Below, one piece after another: positions 1 to 9,150 of a DNA stretch of 64,000 nucleotides. The stretch is from Methanobacteriota archaeon (lineage in GTDB: Archaea > Halobacteriota > Bog-38 > Methanoflorentales > Methanoflorentaceae): the NCBI GenBank assembly GCA_963720465.1, contig OY970393.1:1344001-1408000 (forward strand). Direction: 5' to 3'. The position numbers were made by a program, and so were the translations under genes. Within the stretch, counting starts at the first letter, position 1; each line of letters opens with the position of its first letter. The notes under the pieces were generated by a model, which had not been told where the DNA came from, did not search any database, and was given only the letters and a program-made list of their open reading frames with translations.

Positions 1-1773
1 GAGCATCATTCCCGGACGGGGGACTCCTATCGGGGTCTTCTGCCATATCAAGCAGGCAATAAACAGCCAATACGACGAGACGAACGTGGCAAATCCCACA
101 AGGATTGCCAAGTCTTTCAGACGCTTCCTGTAGCCCACGAAGTAAGGCACGAAGAAAGCCATCGCGGCTGCGACAACGACTCCAAGCGTCCGGATCACCG
201 AGAAGCTAAACGCTCCGATAAGGGCGCTTACTGCGGGCGCTAAGAGCGCCGCGTACCCGAGCACTGCTCCGCTGACTACGATCCACGCAGCGGCAAATGC
301 TTGTTTAATATGCGACGCGTGAACAAGAACCTCACTTATGCTTGCGAGCGTGAAAAAGAGCAGCGGGATATAAAGTGGCAGAAAGTAGCGCATATCAAGG
401 CCAAATCCTTGGTTTACGCCAAAAGGCGCGTAGATTACGAGGTTCCCGACGATGCAGATGAAAAACGTGACTGCGACTGCGCGGCTCTTCTCTATCCTAA
501 GGTGCGCCGACCCTGTCCTCAGTCTCTGCAGCGTTCGCACGACGTACGGGACAGCAGCAAAGAGGGGAATTATGAGCAAGGGGCATATCTGAAACACCGA
601 GAGCGTCACCGGCATGTCGACATAGAACAGTACGTGATAGAGGTTTTGGGGCCAACTCGGCGCGGTTTGCAGATTCAACGTCGTCAAAAAGAACGTAGAC
701 AGAATTTGGATCGCAGACAAAAGTGCTGAACCAGTGGCTGAGTTGCTCGGCGTTGCCTGGTTCGCGTTTACTAGGGCACTGAGATAAACGGGCGACAAGA
801 AAGGGTTGTTAAACAGCAGGTAATTATTGATGAAGTACGGGATCATCCCGAACAGCACCGTGGCCGCGCCCGTGATCACCGCTTTAATTCTCGCTGTTGA
901 CGTCAACAAATCCGTCAGAATGATGGCTAGGAGGAGCGGAATGGCGTCGAAAACCCGCACCCAGAAGCAAAGCCCGACAAAAATGTAAGAGAGGTAGCGA
1001 TAGCGCTGCTTGCCGTCCAGCAGATACGTGTAGAGGCTCCAGACGCTCGCTGTGATGAGCAAGATCGACGCTGTGTGGTCTTTCGCTGAGACCGCCCAGA
1101 ACGTAAGGGGCGTCGCGATCAATATAAACGCAGCTCCAAAGGCGGCCACGCGGTCATCAGCGAAGTACCGCGTGAAGATTCGCAACGAAAGGAGGACGAT
1201 GGCCGTGGTCGCCAAGATATTGAACAGTTGGATGGCCATAAGAGCGCCCCACTGGTCAAAAACAAGCGGTGGCAGACGAGTGCCGATGTAGACATTGATG
1301 ATGAAGAGGGTAAGCGCAACAAACGCGCCAAGGCCGCGACCGAGTCGTGGCCGATCCCAACGCCTTCCCAGAAGCGAGCTCACCATGAATACACTAAACG
1401 ACCAGAGAGCAGCGAAGAAGAGCCTGATGCCGACCGTGACGCTGATGAGGTAAATGAAGGCGTAAAACGGGGACGCGAAGACCGGAATGGCGTCCGTGTA
1501 GAAGCCGTACGTATGGCCCTGGAAGGGGAACCCAAGGATTGGCGTTGAGGCTCCAAAACTGAGGCCTTCGTAGAGCTTGGTAGGCAGCGTTTGGATCCAG
1601 AGCGTTCCACGCCCAAGATTGTAGAGCTCTGCCGCGAGCGTCACCTCATCGTTGATGAAAATGTTAACGTTCCAAACCGCGATGCAGACTGCAAGCGACG
1701 CGTAAAAGAAGAGCGCAGCCGTTTCATTAGGTAAAACGCGCGTGTAGAGGCTCCGTAGCTTGTTGTTGCTCAT
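1..1773 (-). CDS. Multi-pass membrane protein, probably GT-C fold (ArnT/PMT-like) glycosyltransferase; runs off the window edge
   Basis: Not in the ORF track. ATG at 1773 directly follows the GT4 stop and reads MSNNKLRSLYTRVLPNETAALFFYASLAVCIAVWNVNIFINDEVTL. A DE motif follows TM1. The same frame is still hydrophobic at the window edge (SYWLFIACLIWQK). Confidence 0.6.
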   Translation of the reverse strand, partial: MSNNKLRSLYTRVLPNETAALFFYASLAVCIAVWNVNIFINDEVTLAAELYNLGRGTLWIQTLPTKLYEGLSFGASTPILGFPFQGHTYGFYTDAIPVFASPFYAFIYLISVTVGIRLFFAALWSFSVFMVSSLLGRRWDRPRLGRGLGAFVALTLFIINVYIGTRLPPLVFDQWGALMAIQLFNILATTAIVLLSLRIFTRYFADDRVAAFGAAFILIATPLTFWAVSAKDHTASILLITASVWSLYTYLLDGKQRYRYLSYIFVGLCFWVRVFDAIPLLLAIILTDLLTSTARIKAVITGAATVLFGMIPYFINNYLLFNNPFLSPVYLSALVNANQATPSNSATGSALLSAIQILSTFFLTTLNLQTAPSWPQNLYHVLFYVDMPVTLSVFQICPLLIIPLFAAVPYVVRTLQRLRTGSAHLRIEKSRAVAVTFFICIVGNLVIYAPFGVNQGFGLDMRYFLPLYIPLLFFTLASISEVLVHASHIKQAFAAAWIVVSGAVLGYAALLAPAVSALIGAFSFSVIRTLGVVVAAAMAFFVPYFVGYRKRLKDLAILVGFATFVSSYWLFIACLIWQKTPIGVPRPGMML

Positions 1774-1776
1774 CAC

Positions 1777-2808
1777 TTAGCGAGCCGAGCGCTCGGCTTC
1801 ACGCTCCATGATCGTATCATAGACGCTGATATACCCGTCGACCATGCGATCCACATCAAATCGCTCCGCGCGTCTCCTGCACCGCTGCCTTCGAATGCTT
1901 CCAACCTCGCCCACTTTGTCGATCGCGTCGCGCACACTCTGAACGATAAAGCCTGTCTCTCCGTCGACGAGTATCTCCCGCACGCTGCCTTTGTCTGTGG
2001 CAATGACGGGCGTGCCACTTGCTAGAGATTCGATTAGGGTAAGACCAAACGGCTCAGCAAAAGAGATCAGGTGCAAGCTGCAATACGCCTGCTTGAAAAG
2101 CTCGTTTCTCGTTTTTTCGTCCACCGTGCCGAGATACTGTACCTGCTCCCCGTCGATCTCAGGCTTGACGCACGTCTCGAAATAGGCGCGATGCTCGCTC
2201 GCGACGAGTCCGGCAATCTTCAGCGTCATTCCGGTCTCTTTTGCCACCTCAATGGCGCGGTGCGTCCCCTTATCACGCGATATGCGTCCGAAGAACAGGA
2301 GATAATCATCAGGGGCGTCGCTATACTCAAAGGAGTCGACGTCGATCCCGTTGTACACGGTGGCAACATAGTTTAGGCCTTCTGCTCGATCGGCGTTGCT
2401 GATGGACACGTAATAATTATCCCAGTACTTTCTATACACGGGTAGAATCCGATCTGAAGAGAATCCGTGTATAGTCGTAAGAAGAGGAGTATCAGTGAGC
2501 CGTGAGAAGGTCAGCGGATAGAAGTCATAGTGACTGTGAAGAATATCGAATTCGTGCGCTTTTTCGAAGGCGTTTGATATGTGGAGCCATTGATAGACGC
2601 CAGCGTCAAGCGATTCATCTTCATAGAATCCGTGAGGACACACCCACTCAAGCTTTGCCTTCGTGACAGAGTCGCCGGTTGCGAAGAGCGTAACGTCGTA
2701 GCCTCGCTCGACCAGTCCTTCGGTCAGGTAATGGACGACAGTCTCCCAGGGCCCGTAACGGCGTGGCGGGGTTCTCCACGAGATGGGTCCCAGCATTCCT
2801 ACCTTCAA
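1777..2808 (-). CDS. Glycosyltransferase family 4 (GT-B)
   Basis: PPRRYGPWE N-terminus, FFGRISRDKG, and EPFGLTLIESLASGTPVI (EX7E) motif. TTG start at 2808 with GGAGGT RBS. Confidence 0.9.
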   Translation of the reverse strand: MKVGMLGPISWRTPPRRYGPWETVVHYLTEGLVERGYDVTLFATGDSVTKAKLEWVCPHGFYEDESLDAGVYQWLHISNAFEKAHEFDILHSHYDFYPLTFSRLTDTPLLTTIHGFSSDRILPVYRKYWDNYYVSISNADRAEGLNYVATVYNGIDVDSFEYSDAPDDYLLFFGRISRDKGTHRAIEVAKETGMTLKIAGLVASEHRAYFETCVKPEIDGEQVQYLGTVDEKTRNELFKQAYCSLHLISFAEPFGLTLIESLASGTPVIATDKGSVREILVDGETGFIVQSVRDAIDKVGEVGSIRRQRCRRRAERFDVDRMVDGYISVYDTIMEREAERSAR

Positions 2809-2875
2809 CCGACAACCTCCCCGAGCGTGCTCAGCGTTGTGAACCAGATACCGGCTCGACCCGCGCAATCCTCGC

Positions 2876-4144
2876 CTAGCCCGATGCTTTCATCGCCGCC
2901 TTAGCCGCTTTCGCGTCGCTTTGTAGCGCCTTCACACTGTCGGTGCGCTCCCACGGTAGATCGAGATCCGCGCGACCAAAATGCCCATAGGCGGCGAGTT
3001 GTCGGTAGATCGGACGTCGAAGTCGCAGTGTGTTGATGATCCAGCCCGGAGTGAGTGCAAAACGGCGCCTGATAATTTCAGAGATGGACCCCTCAGGTAT
3101 GCTGGCCGTGCCGAACGTATTGACGTATATCGCTATAGGTTGAGCTACGCCTATTGCATACGAGACCTGGATTTCGCACTTGTCGGCGAGTCCTGCCGCA
3201 ACAACGTTTTTCGCGATATACCTGGCCGCGTACGCTGCCGATCGGTCGACCTTCGTCGGATCCTTCCCAGAAAAAGAGCCCCCGCCGTGTCGTGCCATTC
3301 CTCCGTACGTATCGACGATGATCTTACGCCCCGACATGCCAGCGTCGCCTTTAGGGCCTCCGATCACGAACCGACCCGTGGGGTTGACGTAAACCTTCGT
3401 GTCCTCATCGATCATGTCGGCGGGGATAACGACGTCGATTACTTTCGCCTGAATATCCCGTCTGATGGTGTCAAGCTCGACGTCCGGAGCGTGCTGCGAA
3501 GATACGATTACCGTGTCGACTCGAGCAGGCCGATCGTCAACGTATTCCACCGTTACCTGTGTCTTGCCATCAGGGCCGAGATACCCTATTTCTCCAGATT
3601 TCCTGACCTCAGTCAGCCTGAGCGCAAGTTTATTCGCAAGCAGTATCGGCATCGGCATCAGCTCCGCGGTTTCATTCGTGGCATAGCCGAACACCATCCC
3701 CTGATCGCCCGCGCCGAGTTCGGCATCCTCATCTACGTCCGCGGGCACCTGCGCACACTCGAGGTCAACTCCACCGTCACCTACGGCAGTAACCCTGCAC
3801 TCAAGCGACCTGTTGACCCCTTGAGCAATATCCGGAGACTGTTCTTTGATCGATACAATAATCCCAAAGTTGTCGCAGTCGAAACCGAATCGCGAATCGA
3901 CGTAGCCGATCTCGCGGATCGTATCTCGCACCACGCGGGGTATGTCCACGGTGCAAGTCGTCGTGATTTCACCGATCACCACCGCGAGCCCCGTAGTCAC
4001 TGCGACTTCGCACGCGACTCGCGCGTTCTTAGGGTCGCGCTCGATAATCGCGTCCAGTATAGCATCCGAAATCTGGTCGCAGATCTTATCGGGATGCCCT
4101 TCCGTTACTGATTCAGATGTAAACAAAAAACGATTCTCAGACAT
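2876..4144 (-). CDS. metK: S-adenosylmethionine synthetase, bacterial/eukaryotic type
   Basis: [39 protein letters not shown] and YGHFGR signatures. Confidence 0.97.
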   Translation of the reverse strand: MSENRFLFTSESVTEGHPDKICDQISDAILDAIIERDPKNARVACEVAVTTGLAVVIGEITTTCTVDIPRVVRDTIREIGYVDSRFGFDCDNFGIIVSIKEQSPDIAQGVNRSLECRVTAVGDGGVDLECAQVPADVDEDAELGAGDQGMVFGYATNETAELMPMPILLANKLALRLTEVRKSGEIGYLGPDGKTQVTVEYVDDRPARVDTVIVSSQHAPDVELDTIRRDIQAKVIDVVIPADMIDEDTKVYVNPTGRFVIGGPKGDAGMSGRKIIVDTYGGMARHGGGSFSGKDPTKVDRSAAYAARYIAKNVVAAGLADKCEIQVSYAIGVAQPIAIYVNTFGTASIPEGSISEIIRRRFALTPGWIINTLRLRRPIYRQLAAYGHFGRADLDLPWERTDSVKALQSDAKAAKAAMKASG

Positions 4145-4199
4145 CGTTCTTCTATTCGCTCCACGATTGACAACCTTTTTACCGGTTGGCCTTTATTAT

Positions 4200-4215
4200 T
4201 GGTATCTATATAAAG
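4200..4215. promoter_or_regulatory. Putative TATA box in the divergent metK/ahcY intergenic region
   Basis: CTATATAAAG lies in a 116-bp gap between divergent genes. Confidence 0.45.
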
Positions 4216-4260
4216 CGTACGGTTGCTGCATGCGACTGCATAGCAGATGAGGAATCTTGC

Positions 4261-5514
4261 ATGAAAAACATAATTAAGGACATAGGCCTCGCTGATGTAG
4301 GGGAACAACGAATTGAATGGGCTCGCAGGCACATGCCCGTTCTTGAGAAAATTAAGAGTGAATTTGCCCACGAAAAACCGCTAGATGGCATTAACATTAC
4401 TGCGTGCCTTCACGTAACGGTCGAAACTGCGAACCTTATCCGAGTGCTCAGCGCCGGAGGAGCGAATGTCGCCCTCACAGGCTCAAATCCTCTCAGCACC
4501 CAAGATGACGTCGCCGCAGCCCTCGCAAACGACGGGATCTCCGTATGCGCCCTTCGTGGCGAAAGCGACGCTCAGTATCGCGCGTGCATAGAAGAGGCAC
4601 TCAAGATCGGGCCGCATGTCACGCTTGACGACGGCGCGGACGTTATCGCCACGGTCCACAATGATCATCCCGAATACCTAAGCGCGATGATGGGCGGCTG
4701 CGAGGAGACGACAACGGGCGTCATCAGATTGAGGGCAATGGCGGCAGAAGGCGCGCTCAAATATCCTGTGATCGCGGTCAACGATGCCGAAACCAAGATG
4801 ATGTTTGACAATCGGTATGGGACGGGACAAAGCACGCTTCACGGCATCATGAATGCGACGAATTTCTTGTTTGCTGGAAAAACCGTCGTCGTCGTCGGCT
4901 ATGGGTGGTGTGGCCGAGGCGTCGCAGCGCGCGCAAAAGGCCTCGGCGCGAACGTGGTTATTGTCGAGGTCGAGCCACGAAAAGCCCTCGAGGCGGCAAT
5001 GGACGGCTTCAGAGTGATGCCGATGTGCGACGCGGCACGGATCGGAGATCTCTTCATCACGGTCACCGGCGACATCTCAGTAATTCGAGGGGAACACTTC
5101 AAGGTTATGAAAGATCAGGCTATCGTCTGCAATTCCGGACATTTCAACGTCGAACTCGATCTGAAAGAGCTTAATGGGATGGCGACAAGCACGTCGAATG
5201 TCAAAGAGAATGTGGACGAGTATCGAATGCCCGATGGCAGGACGATCTACGTGCTTGCGGAGGGGAGGCTGATCAACCTCTCGGCGGCCTTCGGGCACCC
5301 ACCCGAAGTCATGGATATGAGCTTCGCGAACCAGGCACTGTGCGTCAAATACGTCGTCGAAAATCACGCACATCTGAGCAACTCGGTGCACAGTGTGCCG
5401 ACCGCAATAGACAAACGGGTAGCCACGCTAAAACTCAGTGCGATCGGTATTAAGATTGAGCAACTCACGCCGCAGCAAGAGGCGTACCTGCACTCGTGGA
5501 CGCTCGGAACGTAG
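4261..5514 (+). CDS. ahcY: Adenosylhomocysteinase
   Basis: CLHVTVETA, SNPLSTQDD, EETTTG, KMMFDNRYGTGQS, GYGWCGRG and GHPPEVMDMSFANQ motifs. Confidence 0.97.
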   Translation: MKNIIKDIGLADVGEQRIEWARRHMPVLEKIKSEFAHEKPLDGINITACLHVTVETANLIRVLSAGGANVALTGSNPLSTQDDVAAALANDGISVCALRGESDAQYRACIEEALKIGPHVTLDDGADVIATVHNDHPEYLSAMMGGCEETTTGVIRLRAMAAEGALKYPVIAVNDAETKMMFDNRYGTGQSTLHGIMNATNFLFAGKTVVVVGYGWCGRGVAARAKGLGANVVIVEVEPRKALEAAMDGFRVMPMCDAARIGDLFITVTGDISVIRGEHFKVMKDQAIVCNSGHFNVELDLKELNGMATSTSNVKENVDEYRMPDGRTIYVLAEGRLINLSAAFGHPPEVMDMSFANQALCVKYVVENHAHLSNSVHSVPTAIDKRVATLKLSAIGIKIEQLTPQQEAYLHSWTLGT

Positions 5515-5570
5515 CTCGTCTGCGCGCACGCTGCTTTAAAGGAGAGGTTCGAACGGAGGGAACTTGACCA

Positions 5571-6641
5571 ATGACTGCGATCGATGACTATATACGAGAC
5601 GTATTTGGAAGCGATGCGAACGTCGTGCGTGTCAGCGAACTGGGTCACCCAACCGAGGAGCTCAAAGGCTTTGGTTATGGAAGGCCCTATCAGATTACGT
5701 TTTCGCTCGGCGGCGCGCTCAAATCCGTTGTTCTTTCGTCGATGCGACGCGAAGGCGGCTTTGGTCACGATCACTTCTCCGACCGCGCCCAGATTCTCAT
5801 CTGGCAGCACGCCACCTTTGGCTCACTCGCTCGGCACGTGCGCGCTTTCGATGTGGGTTACTTCACCCGTGACGGAAGGATGCGATCTGCCCGCGACGCC
5901 GACGAGTACTTCATCCTGATGGATCTGGTCACGGGAACTGAGTACTTCCACGACCTCAATACCGTTAAGGACTCGGGCGCGCTCACCGATCTTGACTTGG
6001 CCCGTGCGGAAGCGCTCTCAAATTACCTCGTCGCTATACACGCCGTGAAACGCGATGAACCTGTTCTTTACACACGCCGCATACGCGAGCTTATAGGTCA
6101 CGGCGAGCTTATTATGGGCCTGATCGATAGCTACCCGAATAACTTCCACGCATTTTCGCAAGATGATTTCCGACTGCTCGAAAAGCGCTGCATTGATTGG
6201 CGATATGCGCTAAAAGATCGCGCGCATCGGCTTTGCGTGGTCCACGGCGATTATCACCCATGGAACATCATGTTCAGAGATGGTACTGATCTTACCGTTC
6301 TCGACAGGAGCCGTGGAGAATTCGGAGAAGCCGCCGATGATGTGACCTCGTTAAGCGTGAACTATCTCTTTTATTCAATCCAGAAGTACGGGAAACTTGC
6401 GAGAGAGTTCAAGACGTTGTTTGACTCGTTCATAAGAAACTACCTGCGGGAGACGCAAGATCATGAACTCCTTGAGGTTATACAACCATTCTACGCTTTC
6501 AGAGGGCTTGTTGTGGCAAGCCCCATATGGTATCCGAACATCGATCAGCAGGTGCGGCAGAGGCTGTTCAACTTCGTGCGAAACGTGCTTGAAGCCGAAA
6601 CGTTCGACTATCAGAACGTCAATGCACTCTTAAAGGATTGA
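5571..6641 (+). CDS. Aminoglycoside phosphotransferase (APH)-fold kinase, substrate unknown
   Basis: Brenner motif HGDYHPWNI followed by VLDRSRG. Confidence 0.85.
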   Translation: MTAIDDYIRDVFGSDANVVRVSELGHPTEELKGFGYGRPYQITFSLGGALKSVVLSSMRREGGFGHDHFSDRAQILIWQHATFGSLARHVRAFDVGYFTRDGRMRSARDADEYFILMDLVTGTEYFHDLNTVKDSGALTDLDLARAEALSNYLVAIHAVKRDEPVLYTRRIRELIGHGELIMGLIDSYPNNFHAFSQDDFRLLEKRCIDWRYALKDRAHRLCVVHGDYHPWNIMFRDGTDLTVLDRSRGEFGEAADDVTSLSVNYLFYSIQKYGKLAREFKTLFDSFIRNYLRETQDHELLEVIQPFYAFRGLVVASPIWYPNIDQQVRQRLFNFVRNVLEAETFDYQNVNALLKD

Positions 6642-6664
6642 CCTCACCCGGGGTGACCCTGACG

Positions 6665-7201
6665 ATGGCCTGGGCTATTTGGATTACTGGACTTCCCGGA
6701 AGCGGCAAAACCTCTATTGCACGAGAAGTTGCCGAGAGCCTCCAGGACGAAAGGCTGAAAACACTGCAACTTGACGAGATTCGGACTATCGTTACTCCCA
6801 AGCCGACGTATTCAGAGCAGGAACGCGATATCGTCTACGCGTTTCTCGCGTACACAGCGAAGGTACTTACCGAGTGTGGGGTGAACGTTATCATTGACGC
6901 GACGGCAAACCGAAAACGTTATCGCGATCTCGCCCGTCGACTCATACCCCGCTTCGCCGAAGTTTATGTCAGCTGTTCGCTTGGCACGTGCGTGCAGCGC
7001 GAGGCATATCGGGTGACACAGTTCACACCATCGGGCATTTATGAGAAATCACACGCGAGAGAGGCCGCCGTACCTGGGGTGAACGTAGCATTCGAGACGA
7101 CCGAAGACCCGGAATTGACCATAGACAGCGAGCGCGTTGCGCCGACCGAGGCAGCCGAAGTCATCGTAAAGGAGATAAGGCGACTTTTTGATGGAACTTG
7201 A
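6665..7201 (+). CDS. Adenylyl-sulfate kinase-like P-loop kinase
   Basis: WITGLPGSGKT Walker A, LDEIR, VIIDATAN, GIYEK and VPGVNVAFE. Start is ATG 6665 or TTG 6638. Confidence 0.8.
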   Translation: MAWAIWITGLPGSGKTSIAREVAESLQDERLKTLQLDEIRTIVTPKPTYSEQERDIVYAFLAYTAKVLTECGVNVIIDATANRKRYRDLARRLIPRFAEVYVSCSLGTCVQREAYRVTQFTPSGIYEKSHAREAAVPGVNVAFETTEDPELTIDSERVAPTEAAEVIVKEIRRLFDGT

Positions 7202-8030
7202 TAGTATCGTGGCCATGGCTACGCGAGCAATGGAATCCGTGCTTGCGTTCGTCAAAACGGAGACAGATTTCTCCGCGATAACAAAGCAGAAAGAGCGCGA
7301 CGTGACGCGGAGGTTCGATCTCGTTGCTGAGCAAACGCTGCAAGAAGAGCTGCTCGCCAGAGAGATCAGCGCGCGGATTGTCTCAGAAGAGTGGGGCGAC
7401 CACACCATTGGAGATGACCCGCAGTGCACGTTCATCTTCGATCCGGTCGACGGATCCACCAACGTCGCTATCGGTTTTCCGTACTTCTGCTCGTCGCTCG
7501 CCTACGCACCGAAAACCGACGACGTCACCTTGAATGATGTCACCATGGGCGCAGTAGTCACAAACTCCTTAGACGCATATGCCGCCAAACGAGGCGACGG
7601 CGCGCGCTTCAACGCGACACCGCTCGTGACGAAAAAATCCCCTAGGCCTAGGAAGCCCGTGGTCGCTGGATACGCTTATGGGGTATCGCGCGTTCCGCGT
7701 GGACTCATCGAGCTCGAAAAGTGCAGCATCGTGCGGATTTTCGGAAGCATTGCCTACGACCTGTGTCAGGTCGCCTCGGGAACGCTCGACGCAGTCGTTG
7801 ACACGAGAGATCGCTTAAGCAGTTACGACATTGCTGCCGCGCAGCTCATCGTGCGCGAGTCGCACGGATTCGTCACGACGGGCGATGGCAGCCCATTGGA
7901 TGCCCCCGTCACGGCCACTAATCTATCCCTCGTTTGTTCCATAGACCCAACGCTGCACGACACAATCGTGCAGACCTTGCGCCAATTCTCAAAGGATGGA
8001 CTGCCTCGACCCCACAACGACACATCTTGA
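7191..8030 (+). CDS. Inositol monophosphatase / FBPase family phosphatase
   Basis: VSEE, DPVDGSTN and YDIAAA metal-binding motifs; overlaps the upstream kinase. Confidence 0.88.
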   Translation: MELDSIVAMATRAMESVLAFVKTETDFSAITKQKERDVTRRFDLVAEQTLQEELLAREISARIVSEEWGDHTIGDDPQCTFIFDPVDGSTNVAIGFPYFCSSLAYAPKTDDVTLNDVTMGAVVTNSLDAYAAKRGDGARFNATPLVTKKSPRPRKPVVAGYAYGVSRVPRGLIELEKCSIVRIFGSIAYDLCQVASGTLDAVVDTRDRLSSYDIAAAQLIVRESHGFVTTGDGSPLDAPVTATNLSLVCSIDPTLHDTIVQTLRQFSKDGLPRPHNDTS

Positions 8031-8185
8031 TTGGTCAAGCCTCCTGCCTTAGTTTTGTCAAACTGAAGGCAGGCAGCCAAGATTTCCCGGTGCCGAGACT
8101 GCATCTTCGCTGACGCAAGCTCAATACGAGCTCCACGCTTACTCGAGAGAAGAAGAGCCGTTGTATCTCTGCAACAAAAACTATG

Positions 8186-8243
8186 GTCTGGGGGGGAAAA
8201 GCAGATTTGAACTTCTTAGGTCAGGTTCCGTTTCCCCCCAGAC
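8186..8243. repeat. Long imperfect inverted repeat (hairpin)
   Basis: GTCTGGGGGG(G)AAA ... TTTCCCCCCAGAC, with further G-U pairing inside. Confidence 0.65.
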
Positions 8244-8425
8244 TAAAGGGCGTACAAAAATCGGTACTGTGTTGACTCGCTAGAATATAAATCTGACTTG
8301 AAACAGAGTCTTGGGTGCGGCGTCGTAGTTAAGGAAGTCGCTGTCATGACGGTTCGCGGTTGCATCCACGACTTTCCGCACACGCCCCGAACCAAAAACA
8401 CACCGTAGCTCTAAGCGCTCGATTA

Positions 8426-8650
8426 TTACATCTTTTCGTAACACGCCCACATCTTGAAAAAATCAGTCCTAGTAATTTTCAGCTCGTGAATGATGCTATG
8501 CAGCAACCCCTTAGGAAGCTGGCGATGAGCGTGTATCGGTATCGTGGTTGCCTGACCGCCCTCAGAAACTAGTCGAACGTGTGAACCTCGCGTGCGAGTT
8601 ACGCGATAACCTAAGGACTCCAGGAACTTGACGAGTTCGCCGCCGCTCAC
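8426..8650 (-). CDS. hicA: HicA-family toxin
   Basis: SGGELVKFLESLGYRVTRTRGSHVRL...TTIPIH...LPKGLLHSII, the dsRBD-like HicA pattern with GSH. Confidence 0.88.
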   Translation of the reverse strand: MSGGELVKFLESLGYRVTRTRGSHVRLVSEGGQATTIPIHAHRQLPKGLLHSIIHELKITRTDFFKMWACYEKM

Positions 8651-8712
8651 CGACGGAAACTTCTCGATGTGTGCCGCGGCGGCGCCCTTTTGCTCGCAGC
8701 TCGGGGTCGGCT

Positions 8713-8886
8713 TCAGTTCTGTCCCTCCTCCTCAAGCTCATCCTCGCATAGCTGAATGCACTCCTTGATGTTATCCAATGCCTCTTCGAGAGTTGTGCCG
8801 TATGAGTGACAACCTTTTAAGGTCGGACACGTTGCGATGTAGTAACCGGCATCATCTCTTCTTATAACGATCTGGCATTCTTCCAC
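8713..8886 (-). CDS. hicB: HicB-family antitoxin, short form without DNA-binding domain
   Basis: Below the ORF-track cutoff: VEECQIVIRRDDAGYYIATCPTLKGCHSYGTTLEEALDNIKECIQL (57 aa). Confidence 0.88.
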   Translation of the reverse strand: MEECQIVIRRDDAGYYIATCPTLKGCHSYGTTLEEALDNIKECIQLCEDELEEEGQN

Positions 8887-9150
8887 TAACTGCCACCCCT
8901 AACAGGGCTTCTCGTGCACGTATAATAATGCTTGCTCTAGCGATGAATGTTCTCGCGAAAGCTGCTGAATTTGACGCCGGTTCCATCGAAGCGAGACTTG
9001 ATAGGCCTCAATGAGAAGATTCGTCATTGAGTGCGCGCCGTTGAGCTCCGACGAGGAGGCAACAAAGGCTTAAGTTTGCAGACACTCCTTTCTGAATAGG
9101 TCATCCGACCGTGTTTTGCACGGTCCGAAATATGACGTGGACGCGCTGTT

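Noticed and set aside
2981-4111. 376-aa ORF antisense to metK, and similar long shadow ORFs elsewhere
   Set aside because: Antisense shadows of conserved GC-rich genes with no recognisable motifs
8184-8215. tRNA fragment or att site (TGG...GATTTGAAC)
   Set aside because: Acceptor and T-arm spacing does not fit a tRNA 3' end; better explained as a hairpin
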